Sequence record: NC_024790.1
Strand: one strand, 5' to 3'
DNA: 64,000 nt
Source: Escherichia phage vB_EcoP_PhAPEC7
Shown here in pieces: positions 27,872 through 36,643 of this stretch; within the stretch, counting starts at the first letter, position 1, and every line of letters begins with the position of its first letter. The translations under genes were made by a program, and so were the position numbers. The notes below the pieces were generated by a model that saw nothing but the letters and a program-made list of their open reading frames with translations, ran no database searches and was not told where the DNA came from.

Positions 27872-30021
27872 GTATTGACCTTACCGGAGTAGTGCACCAT
27901 CCAGCGATTGAAGAAATCGTAGATGTGCTCTGCAATAAAACCCAGAATAACGACCGGGGATTCTTCCGTGTCGAAGTGGCCTACTTCTTGGCTAAAATGG
28001 CATCCTGCATGGGTGCAACCATCGTAACTAAAGACCGTGGTGACCTGCCAGTAAACATCTACGCTATGGCGTTGGCTACATCTGGTTTCGGTAAAGGTCA
28101 CTCGGTAAATATCATTGAAGACGGGTTCATGACTGGCTTCCGTAAGCGTTTTATGGAAGACACCATGCCCGTCATTGCAAATGACCGTCTATGGAAGATT
28201 GCTAACGAACGTGCTGCTCGTCAAGGCACAGACCAGAATGATGAGTTCGATAAAGTTGAAGCAGAGTATAAACGTGCTGGGGCATTCCCATTCACATTCG
28301 ACTCTGGTACAGCACCTGCTGTAAAACAGCTTCGTCACAAACTACTTATGGCTGGTTGTGGTGCTATTAACTTACAGATTGATGAGATTGGTTCCAACCT
28401 CATTGCCAACGTTGAAGTGCTTAACCTGTTCCTTGAGTTGTATGACCAGGGGAAAGTAAAACAGAAGTTAACCAAGAACACTGCTGAAAGTGTTCGTGGT
28501 GAAGAACTGGATGGTAAGACTCCCGCTAACCTGCTGCTGTTCGGTACTCCGAGTAAGCTGCTGGATGGTGGTCAGACTGAAGACCAGTTCTATGACTTCC
28601 TCGATACAGGGTATGCACGTCGTTGTCTGTTTGCCATTGGGCACTTAGACAAGCGAGCACATGCAACGCTGACTCCGGAAGAAATCTACCGTAACCTGAT
28701 TAAGCAGGATAACGTTCAGTCTCTTGGTAAGTGGGCTAACCACTTCCATAGTCTGGCTGACCCAAACCTGTTTGGCTTTAAGATGATTGTGGAAGATGCA
28801 GTGGGTATTGCTCTGATTACTTACAAAATTGATTGTGAGAAAAAAGCAGAAGCTATGGCTGACCACGAAGAAATTCGTAAGGCTGAAATCTCTCATCGTT
28901 ACTTCAAAGCTCTTAAACTGGCAGGTGCACTGGCGTTTGTTGATCAGAGTTCATTCATTGAGATGTCTCACCTTAAACAAGCAATCCTGCTAGTAGAAGA
29001 ATCCGGGGCAGCATTCCAAGGTATTCTCAATCGTGAGAAAGCCTATGTGAAGCTGGCTAAGTACATTGCATCCGTAGGTAAAGAAGTGACTCATGCTGAC
29101 TTGCTGGAGTCGTTGCCGTTCTATAAGAGTGGCAATGCAGCTCGCAATGAGATGATGACTCTTGCTACAGCATGGGGTTACAAACAGCACATCATTATTA
29201 AGAAGACATTCAATGAAGGTATTGAGTTCTTCCGTGGTGAGACTCTGAAAGAGACTAACACCAATGAGATGCTGGTGGCATATAGTGATAGCTTTGCTTA
29301 TGACTATGTTGGTGAACGTGTACCGTTTGACCAGCTACATGTATTAACCCAAGCTCACGGTATGCACTGGGTGAACCATCACATGAAGAATGGGCATCGT
29401 TCTGAAGAGAACGTTATCCCAGGATTTAACATGATTGTTATTGACTGTGATGGTGGAGTACCACTGCATACGTGCCATGAGCTGATGAAGGAATATAAGT
29501 TCATGACCTATACCACTAAGCGTCATACCGACGAAGAGAACCGCTTCCGTCTGATTATTCCAATGAACTATGAGTTACACCTCGATACCGAGGAATACAA
29601 AGAGTTCATGAATAACGTTATGGCTTGGCTACCATTCGAAACGGATGAGTCTGCTAACCAACGAGCCAAGAAGTGGATGTCCTGTGAGACTGGTTCCTAT
29701 CATTACAACCTTGATGCGAATCTGTTGGATGTACGTGACTTTATTCCTCGTACCAGTAAGAACGAGCAGTTCCAGAACCAGATGAAGGAAGTTCAGTCGT
29801 TGGACAATCTGGAGCGTTGGTTCGCTGGTCGTATTGCCTCCGGTAATCGTAATAATCAAATGATTAAGTACGCACTGGCATTAGTAGACAGTGGTTGGGA
29901 CTTTGCTCAAGTACAGCAAGCCGTCTACTCATTCAATAAGAAACTGGCTAATCCATTACCAGATGATGAATTGAATGCAACTGTAATGGTCACCGTGGCT
30001 AAACGCTTCGCTGGCAAGTAA
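27868..30021 (+). CDS. Putative DNA primase / replication protein (717 aa; start trimmed from 27811)
   Basis: C-terminal VIDCDGG DxD-like motif reminiscent of primase-polymerase; position matches the N4 primase; ATGA overlap with upstream gene. Confidence 0.4.
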   Translation: MSIDLTGVVHHPAIEEIVDVLCNKTQNNDRGFFRVEVAYFLAKMASCMGATIVTKDRGDLPVNIYAMALATSGFGKGHSVNIIEDGFMTGFRKRFMEDTMPVIANDRLWKIANERAARQGTDQNDEFDKVEAEYKRAGAFPFTFDSGTAPAVKQLRHKLLMAGCGAINLQIDEIGSNLIANVEVLNLFLELYDQGKVKQKLTKNTAESVRGEELDGKTPANLLLFGTPSKLLDGGQTEDQFYDFLDTGYARRCLFAIGHLDKRAHATLTPEEIYRNLIKQDNVQSLGKWANHFHSLADPNLFGFKMIVEDAVGIALITYKIDCEKKAEAMADHEEIRKAEISHRYFKALKLAGALAFVDQSSFIEMSHLKQAILLVEESGAAFQGILNREKAYVKLAKYIASVGKEVTHADLLESLPFYKSGNAARNEMMTLATAWGYKQHIIIKKTFNEGIEFFRGETLKETNTNEMLVAYSDSFAYDYVGERVPFDQLHVLTQAHGMHWVNHHMKNGHRSEENVIPGFNMIVIDCDGGVPLHTCHELMKEYKFMTYTTKRHTDEENRFRLIIPMNYELHLDTEEYKEFMNNVMAWLPFETDESANQRAKKWMSCETGSYHYNLDANLLDVRDFIPRTSKNEQFQNQMKEVQSLDNLERWFAGRIASGNRNNQMIKYALALVDSGWDFAQVQQAVYSFNKKLANPLPDDELNATVMVTVAKRFAGK

Positions 30022-30077
30022 GCAAACAGGAGTCTTTCTTTGGTTTGAAGGACTCCTAAACTAAACGAGGAAAAATA

Positions 30078-30410
30078 ATGTCCGAAGAAATCTCCAACGA
30101 TATGAACACTCAGCTAATCCTGATTGCAGGATTCTCAGCTAGTGGTAAATCAGCATCACTGCGTAATATCCGGAACCAGGAACGCTGGCTGTATCTGAAT
30201 ACAGAAGCGGGTAAACGTCTACCTTTCCGTAATAAGTTCAACACCTACAATATCGAAGACCCATACCAGATTTGGGAAGCATTCGATGTTGCATCTCCTG
30301 GTGGTGAAATGGCAGACGATGTTGATGGCATCATTATCGACTCTGCTACCTTCATGATGGACATGCTGGAATCCCAGTATGTATTACCATCTGCTAATAC
30401 CCAAAAGGCT
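30078..30410 (+). CDS. RecA-like/Sak4-like ATPase, exon 1
   Basis: Walker A IAGFSASGKSA, Walker B GIIIDSATF; the TAA at 30411 is read as the first intron codon. Confidence 0.5.
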
Positions 30411-31182
30411 TAACTACTAAGGCCCGTTAGTCAGTAATGATTAATGATAACTGATTGAATTCAGGGAAACCCCTAACGTAAAGACGAGGGCAATCCTGAG
30501 CCAAGACTTAATCTTTCTCCGGTTTTTATTAACGGAGTTACAAACATGAGTAAGAAAAGATTCGGTAATGAATTACATCCTCTGTATTACACATGGTTAA
30601 CCATTAAACAGAGATGTGACAACCCTAAGCACGCTAGTTATAAAAACTATGGGGCTAGGGGGATAACTAGAGCAGAAGAGTTCTCTGACTTCAAAGTGTT
30701 TGCTGCCTATCTAGAATCATTAGATGGTTACGCAGACAGGGAGAGACTGGGTCTTACTTTAGATAGAATAGGTGGTTCACTTGGCTATGTGCCAGGAAAT
30801 CTGAGATAGGCAACTAGAACAACTCAGACCATTAATTCCAGAAAAAGAAGAACCAGTAAAGCTACCTACTTAGGGATAGGTTTAAACACCACTAAGAAAA
30901 AATGGTCAGCAAGAATCTGCAACGGTAATGAAAGAATCTTTGTAGGTAATTTTGATTCCGAGATTGAAGCTCTGAAAGCTAGAAATGCCTACATTATTGA
31001 GCATGGTTTACCTCATGCCATTCAAAAGATTAAGTAAGGTGCAACGACTATCCAGTAATGGAGTAGGGCAGAAGCTAATGCTGCTCGAAGCGGTCAGCAT
31101 CCTATCGTAATTAACGAGGATGAAGATATAGTCTGGACTGCATGGAAACATGCAGATGCAGGTAATGCTGCTGGGAGTGTAG
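30411..31182 (+). mobile_element. Group I intron (about 772 nt) carrying a disrupted HNH-AP2-type homing endonuclease ORF; 3' boundary approximate
   Basis: P/Q core 30453-30504 near-identical to intron 1; 4-bp P1 between exon GGCU (30407-30410) and guide GGCC (30421-30424) at the same 10-nt spacing; R-like 31038-31052, S-like 31126-31134; 3' splice site placed after G 31182 by frame and a 3-bp P10 (alternative about 31209). Confidence 0.6.
30546..31037 (+). pseudogene. HNH-AP2 family homing endonuclease-like ORF with in-frame TAG at 30807-30809
   Basis: N-terminal YYTWLTIKQRCDNPKHASYKNYGARGI..., then DRIGG...GNLR-stop-ATRT where the family has NxRWAT; the same frame continues into an AP2-like domain (KKWSARICNGNERIFVGNFDSEIEALKARNAY) to TAA 31035-31037. 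Confidence 0.55.
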
Positions 31183-31626
31183 TTGCGTACACTCTTGAAC
31201 GTATCGTGGGGAGACTTTGCACAGTTCTTTAAAGTACTGCTGCAACAGAAAGTCGTTAAGTTTGGTAAGCCGGTAATCATTACTGCCCATGCCAAAGATG
31301 AACTCGACGAAGCTGCTGGTGTAATGAAAACATTCATCCCGGTCAAGGGTTCACTGAAGAACAATGGCCTTGAGGCTTACTTTTCTACAGTGGTTTACGC
31401 AGAACGTGTAGACATTAAAGAACTGGAGAAGTACGGCAACAAGATGCTTGATATTACGGAAGAAGAACGTGACTTAGGCTATAAGCACGTATTCCAGACA
31501 CGTCCAACCAAGAAGTCTGTTGGTAAACGTCTTCGCTCACCAATGGGTATGTTCGATAAGTCTCAGACTTACATTGATAATGATGCCCAAAAACTCTTAG
31601 ACCATCTGGCTGAATACTACGCTTAA
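31183..31626 (+). CDS. RecA-like/Sak4-like ATPase, exon 2 (start approximate)
   Basis: In-frame continuation after intron removal; the track start at 31183 is a TTG. Confidence 0.45.
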   Translation: MRTLLNVSWGDFAQFFKVLLQQKVVKFGKPVIITAHAKDELDEAAGVMKTFIPVKGSLKNNGLEAYFSTVVYAERVDIKELEKYGNKMLDITEEERDLGYKHVFQTRPTKKSVGKRLRSPMGMFDKSQTYIDNDAQKLLDHLAEYYA

Positions 31627-31666
31627 GCGTTTGCCTGGTTGTTAATCACTTATTAGGAAAAATATT

Positions 31667-32470
31667 ATGTCACTGTTCGGTAACTTGAAAGAAAAGACCA
31701 AAAACGTTGAAGCTGCAAAAGACTCCCTTGGTGGTGGTGGCTTCGGTGCAAAAGAATCTGATATCTATACCGGTACTGTAAAAGTAGCTTACGTAGGTAA
31801 AGCTGACTCTGGTGCAGACTGGATGCAGTTAATCATCGAAAACCTGAAAGGTTCTGACGGCAATGATGCTGGTGAGTTCCGTGCCCAGGTATACTTTACT
31901 TCCGGTAATACTAAGGGCAATAAGCCAACTTACGAGAAGAACGGTAAAGAGTACTTCCTGCCTGGTTACACTGTCATTAATGACATGATGCTTATGGCTA
32001 CTGGTTGTGAACTGCCAGATGCAGACTTCGAAGAGAAGATTGTTAAAGTCTATGACTTCGACCTGAAAGCTGAAACCAATAAGTCTGTCATGGTTCCAGT
32101 TGATCTGGTTGGTCAGACTGTTACCTTCGCTCTGGAAAAGGTTCTGGAAGCTAAACAGGTTAAAGGTGACAACGGTTACGTTGACTCCGGAGAAACTCGT
32201 GAAGTAAACGAGATTCAGAAAGTGTTTCACCCGGAACTGCTGGTCACAGTCGTCGAGGCTCAGGAAGCAGAGAAGGCTGAGAAAGAACTGACTCCGGAAC
32301 TGGCTGTATTCTATGCAGCATGGTTGGAAAAGAACAAAGGTAAAACCCGTGATAAGACCAAGGGTTCTGCTGGTGGTAATGGTAAAGGTGGCTTGCCTCC
32401 TAAACCAGGTGCAGGTGCTGGCACAGGTACTACTCCTGCCGGTGGTAAATCACTGTTCGGTAAGAAGTAA
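31667..32470 (+). CDS. Single-stranded DNA-binding protein-like (267 aa)
   Basis: Size and position match N4 SSB (about 265 aa); Gly-rich flexible C-terminal tail. Confidence 0.5.
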   Translation: MSLFGNLKEKTKNVEAAKDSLGGGGFGAKESDIYTGTVKVAYVGKADSGADWMQLIIENLKGSDGNDAGEFRAQVYFTSGNTKGNKPTYEKNGKEYFLPGYTVINDMMLMATGCELPDADFEEKIVKVYDFDLKAETNKSVMVPVDLVGQTVTFALEKVLEAKQVKGDNGYVDSGETREVNEIQKVFHPELLVTVVEAQEAEKAEKELTPELAVFYAAWLEKNKGKTRDKTKGSAGGNGKGGLPPKPGAGAGTGTTPAGGKSLFGKK

Positions 32471-33051
32471 TGAAAATCCCAATTGTCGGTGCAGACATTA
32501 GTCTCCGCAATTGGGGATTGGCTCGTGGGATGCTGGACATTGAGTCTGGCGTCTTCGAGCAGGTCGAACTTAAACTGGTTCAAACTGAAGTTGACCACAA
32601 CAAACAAGTTCGAACCAACTCCAAAGATATACAAGCCTCTCATGATTTGTTTCTTGGTTGTGAGGAATGGTTACGGTCTGCTAAAGCAGTATTCGTAGAA
32701 GTACCAGTAGGCTCTCAGTCTGCTAATGGTATGAAGTCCTATGGCGTATGCGTAGGATTAATCGGTGCATTTCGTGCATTGGGTTGTCCAATCTTTGAAG
32801 TATCCCCAATTGAAAACAAACTTGCACTGGTAGGTGATAAAACTGCATCCAAAGACACGATGATTCGTGCTGCTCATGCCATCTATCCTGAAGCCAACTG
32901 GCTCATGGATAAGAAGGGCAAGCTTCTGAATAAGAATGAGCACTTAGCTGATGCAATCGGTGCAATCCACGCTGGTGTAAATCTCCCAGCTTTCCAGAAT
33001 CTCCTTAAATTAATAGAGACACAATATGCAAATCGTTCTGAATCAGTCTGA
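32470..33051 (+). CDS. RuvC-like Holliday junction resolvase (193 aa)
   Basis: N-terminal IVGADIS acidic motif and C-terminal EHLADAIGAIHAG resembling the RuvC DAxDAxAIA motif. Confidence 0.6.
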   Translation: MKIPIVGADISLRNWGLARGMLDIESGVFEQVELKLVQTEVDHNKQVRTNSKDIQASHDLFLGCEEWLRSAKAVFVEVPVGSQSANGMKSYGVCVGLIGAFRALGCPIFEVSPIENKLALVGDKTASKDTMIRAAHAIYPEANWLMDKKGKLLNKNEHLADAIGAIHAGVNLPAFQNLLKLIETQYANRSESV

Positions 33052-33475
33052 AGTAGAAGCTGCTATTGAAGCTTATGTAAATGAACAAGTTAATCTTGCC
33101 GGGGACATTAATATCCTGGTGAATGCAGATGGTACTGCCACTATTGGTATCAACGAAGAGGTCGGTCATAGTGATGACACTCCACCCTTGGTAGAGAAGA
33201 AGACTCGCCGTCCTCGTAAGAACCCTCAAGAAGCCAAACACCGTCCGGTAGAACCGGAACCGGTTGTTGAGGATGAAGCCGAAGAAGAGGTAAAGGAAGA
33301 AGAAATCCAGACCTCTACTGGTGGACCGAGCGAGAGTTCTACGCCGGAACCTGAAGAAGCAGTAGCTGAACCAGAAGCACAAGAAGAAGTTGTGCAGGAG
33401 GATGTTAAGGCTGAAGAACCAGCAGAGAAACCTGCTGCGAAGCCTTCACTGTTCGCTGGCCTGAAACGTAGTTAA
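33026..33475 (+). CDS. Highly acidic protein with Glu/Pro-rich C-terminal tail (149 aa)
   Basis: C-terminal half is strongly acidic (EEEVKEEEIQ..., PEPEEAVAEPEAQEE). Confidence 0.45.
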   Translation: MQIVLNQSEVEAAIEAYVNEQVNLAGDINILVNADGTATIGINEEVGHSDDTPPLVEKKTRRPRKNPQEAKHRPVEPEPVVEDEAEEEVKEEEIQTSTGGPSESSTPEPEEAVAEPEAQEEVVQEDVKAEEPAEKPAAKPSLFAGLKRS

Positions 33476-33879
33476 TCTGGTAGGTGGCTCAGAAGCTGCT
33501 GCTAGGTGTGGTAGTGTTTATAGTCCTGATGCTATTACTGGTCAGGATTATAGACGTGTCGGCTCCATACATAGCTTTTATCATCACTGTCATTATCCTG
33601 TGGAAATGCAGTGGTAAACACGGTGGTGACAAGCCGCCAGAATAACAACAACCGAACCAGTGGGCTTTAATACTCTCCGAAGTCCATTGGTTCAACCGGG
33701 GTTAATATGAACAAATTTACTATTCACTGGCTCAATGGAAAGGTTAGTTCTTTCATGGGTGGAGAACCTGCTGAAGGAAACAAAGCATTCCACATTGATT
33801 CAGAAGGCTGCAAAATCTTAATACCGTATGTTTGGTATAAAGAGGGTGAAGTTGAAGCATTGAAAAAGAGTAGTTAATA

Positions 33880-35410
33880 TCGTGAAGGGTTCTGTCAGAA
33901 TCCTTTGAGATAGGAACTCCTATCATAACCTTTCTTAACTTAATCTTTGCCGTATGGCACTGACGCTAGGGGTGGCCCCCCATCCGTCAGACAGACTATT
34001 TTAAGAATGGGTTATCTCAGAAAATGTAAAGCAACATTCGGGTTAATCAATGGCCTCTCCCTATAGGGGCCATTTCTGAATCTTAGGCTATATCCCAAAG
34101 GTTAGTATCTTTGGGATAAGGCTTCAGATCCCTTATCAAACTAACTGCTCAATGTTGAGTATATTAATTAACCCAGCCCACTAAGGGGGCGGGAGTTTAA
34201 TGCCGGTAAGCATAAGCCCATCCGACTACAACATCGAAGTGTTAGGTCTTACATGCAATATAGGGTATAAAGGGAGGATTCGTCCCCTCCCTCCTATTAT
34301 GAACTATCGGAGAGTGCATTAGTTGATTAGCTGTGGAAGGTAGGCCGATGTCCACAAGTGTGGCCCAGAGCTAGTGTACTCCCCGATAGTTTTCGTAGCG
34401 ATTATGCGGTTTTTTAGAAACGAACCAATAACATAAATGCAAACGAAGAAGCGTATCTGATGGTCGCCTAACAGCGTAACCTCAGTCAGGAGTGAGTCGT
34501 CCTGATTATCAAACGACCGTGGAGTTCTCCCGTCCATGTATTAGAAACGGGGGACCAACTACCAGTTGCACGAGATGGCTTGATATGTTCAAGTTTGGAC
34601 TAAGTGTGACACCGCTAGATTGGAGGGCTGCTGCGGTAAGCTATAGACTCCAACCGGAGGTTCGAATCCTTCACTGGTAACCAATTCAAAGTAGCACTGG
34701 CTCATATTAGTGGAACTCGAACCCATTGAGCAGACGAGATTAGCTAACTCTCAGTGCTACCCCTAATTGGAAGAATTAAGACGGGTCTGGTGAAGTAGAT
34801 GGGGTTCAATTCCCCCCGGTGGAGTAATCCACTAGCGTGCTTGGTGCACGTATAAGACTTAGTACTGGTGGTTCGATTCCATCCCCCGTTACCTGAAGTC
34901 GCCAGGTACTTATGGCAAACGGGTAGTAACGAACTAGTCATTCGTCAAACGCCCACCCAATTATGAGTCAGCAAGAACGCCTTCACTTAAACTTAAACAA
35001 AAAAGCTTAACGCAATGATTATGTAGGGGTATGTAAGGATTGCGAAGAAGGAGCCAGTTAGAGCCTGGCATGACTCACCTATTATGTCCGCTTAGCTTAG
35101 ACTGGGAAAGCAACCGACTAATAATCGGAAGGTCACTGGTTCAAATCCAGTAGTGGACACCCATTCAGCAGTAACATAGTCCTGATTGCATAGCACTCTA
35201 AAGACAACACTGGTAAGACAGTCCAGTGGCTGCTAATGTATTGTTATTCCCCTCGACGGGAATTTCGCTGGAGAATAGGAACTACTTAAATCCTAGCCTG
35301 AGTATTGCAATATGTGACTATCAATCACGAGAGACGGGACGACCAGACCCCTGAAGCTGGCAATATTGCATATTCATACAAGCCTCCCAGCTATGGGTAA
35401 ATAGTACTAA
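33880..35410 (+). other. Non-coding structured island with tRNA-like elements
   Basis: No RBS-supported ORF; perfect hairpins (for example a 10-bp stem at 34091-34118) and T-arm-like motifs at 34659-34669, 34801-34815, 34870-34880 and 35138-35148. Confidence 0.45.
35086..35159 (+). tRNA. Candidate tRNA (74 nt; anticodon loop CTAATAA, anticodon AAT as parsed)
   Basis: Acceptor GTCCGCT/AGTGGAC (one G-U), D-stem GCTT/AAGC, anticodon stem CCGA/TCGG, T-arm ACTGG-TTCAAAT-CCAGT; CCA not encoded; A34 is unusual. Confidence 0.5.
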
Positions 35411-35446
35411 GTCCCTCAGAGCCGTCACTCTGGGGGACTTTTTTAT
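35411..35446 (+). terminator. Intrinsic terminator
   Basis: GTCCCTCAGAG-loop-CTCTGGGGGAC followed by TTTTTTATTT. Confidence 0.6.
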
Positions 35447-35632
35447 TTGAGCATTAATAATTGGATAATCAATATGATTGATCTAATCTTAACCCCGTAT
35501 GCCTATGAGGTAACGGATAACCGAGGATGTAAGTCTTTGGTATTTGCAGGTAGCGTAGCCTATAACAACGCAGTTATGTTTAAGTACAAACTCAAACCAC
35601 TCTATGAGGCTAATAATGGCAACAGTAAGTAA
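35447..35632 (+). CDS. Hypothetical small protein (61 aa, TTG start)
   Basis: ORF only; weak translation signals. Confidence 0.3.
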   Translation: MSINNWIINMIDLILTPYAYEVTDNRGCKSLVFAGSVAYNNAVMFKYKLKPLYEANNGNSK

Positions 35633-35996
35633 AGAATCAATCGAAGATAAGATTAAGAGCGTCTACTATTTCAATGGTGCTGATGCAGTAAAGTCTGCAT
35701 TCGTTGACCCTTCTGCACTCCCGGCAGACGATCTGGCTAACCTGGGCCTGGTAACCTACTGTATTATCATCCTGGAAAACGGCTTCAAAGTTGAAGGCGT
35801 ATCTGCCTGTGTTGACCCAACCATCTATGATGAGTGGAAAGGCCGTCAGTATGCATATGAAAATGCATTCGATAAGATTTGGGAAATGGAGGGTTACCTC
35901 CTACGTCAGGCATTACATGAGAAAGAGGAGACTGCTAAGGCTCTGGCTTCCTTTGCAGAAAACAACACCTGTGATGGTGGTGGTTGCACCATTTAA
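35616..35996 (+). CDS. Hypothetical protein (126 aa; start trimmed from 35604)
   Basis: ATG with GAGG upstream; C-terminal Cys pair. Confidence 0.45.
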   Translation: MATVSKESIEDKIKSVYYFNGADAVKSAFVDPSALPADDLANLGLVTYCIIILENGFKVEGVSACVDPTIYDEWKGRQYAYENAFDKIWEMEGYLLRQALHEKEETAKALASFAENNTCDGGGCTI

Positions 35997-36114
35997 CAAA
36001 TAAGAGTAAGGTGGTTTTTACCGAAAGGTACTGAACTACCCGACATGTGGTAAGGCTCATGAAGCCAAAACAAAACAAGCCCTCTTAGTGAGGGCTTTAT
36101 CATTTGAGGTAGTT

Positions 36115-36603
36115 ATGTCAGAAGAAATTAAAGTTCACTTCACCAACAACATTGGAACCAAGTGTGTAAATAGATTCCGGATTAACAAGGAAACATATTG
36201 CAAACTACGTGGCTGGGATGTGCCTGCTAATGAAGACCCATTAGAAGTAGGTTACTTAGTAGTATACCCAGATTCTAAACCTAACCATGAGCATTTCCGT
36301 GGTTATATTAGCTGGTTACCAAGGGCTGCATTTGAAGCTGCATATTGTGATGTAGATAAGGGTTGTACTTTTGGTCACGCCGTAGAGCTTCTCAAAGCAG
36401 GCTTCAAACTAGCCCGTAAAGGTTGGAACGGTAAGGGAATGTATATCACCTTAGTAACCGGTGAAAATTGGGCTATAGATAAACATGAGAATACTGTTTG
36501 TGAGAAACGGGATTGGCTGGGTATTAAGACCGTTGATAACCAATTTATGCCATGGGTTCCATCCCAATCGGATGTATTAGCTGAAGACTGGGTATTAGTC
36601 TAG
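36115..36603 (+). CDS. Hypothetical protein (162 aa; start trimmed from 36088)
   Basis: ATG with GAGG upstream; last plus-strand gene before the convergent terminator. Confidence 0.45.
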   Translation: MSEEIKVHFTNNIGTKCVNRFRINKETYCKLRGWDVPANEDPLEVGYLVVYPDSKPNHEHFRGYISWLPRAAFEAAYCDVDKGCTFGHAVELLKAGFKLARKGWNGKGMYITLVTGENWAIDKHENTVCEKRDWLGIKTVDNQFMPWVPSQSDVLAEDWVLV

Positions 36604-36612
36604 TAAGAATTA

Positions 36613-36643
36613 AAGCCCCTCATTAGAGGGGCTTTTTTATTTT
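36613..36643. terminator. Terminator between convergent plus- and minus-strand transcription units
   Basis: AAGCCCCTC-ATTA-GAGGGGCTT with T-runs; sits between stop 36603 (+) and stop 36642 (-). Confidence 0.7.

Noticed and set aside
33707-33847. 44-aa plus-strand ORF with a G-rich upstream sequence
   Set aside because: Too short and without supporting features to call; could be a real small gene, but not supportable from sequence alone.
34659-34880. Three further T-arm motifs (34659-34669, 34801-34815, 34870-34880) as canonical tRNA genes
   Set aside because: I could not build standard cloverleaves by eye: the acceptor partners lie too far upstream (for example 121 nt for 34560-34680) or no anticodon arm forms. 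Kept as tRNA-like elements of the structured island, not called as tRNA genes.
33489-34941. Track ORFs 33489-33695 (-), 34319-34537 (-), 34492-34680 (+) and 34744-34941 (-) in the non-coding island
   Set aside because: No RBS, they overlap strong RNA hairpins and T-arm motifs, and their translations look random; most likely non-coding.
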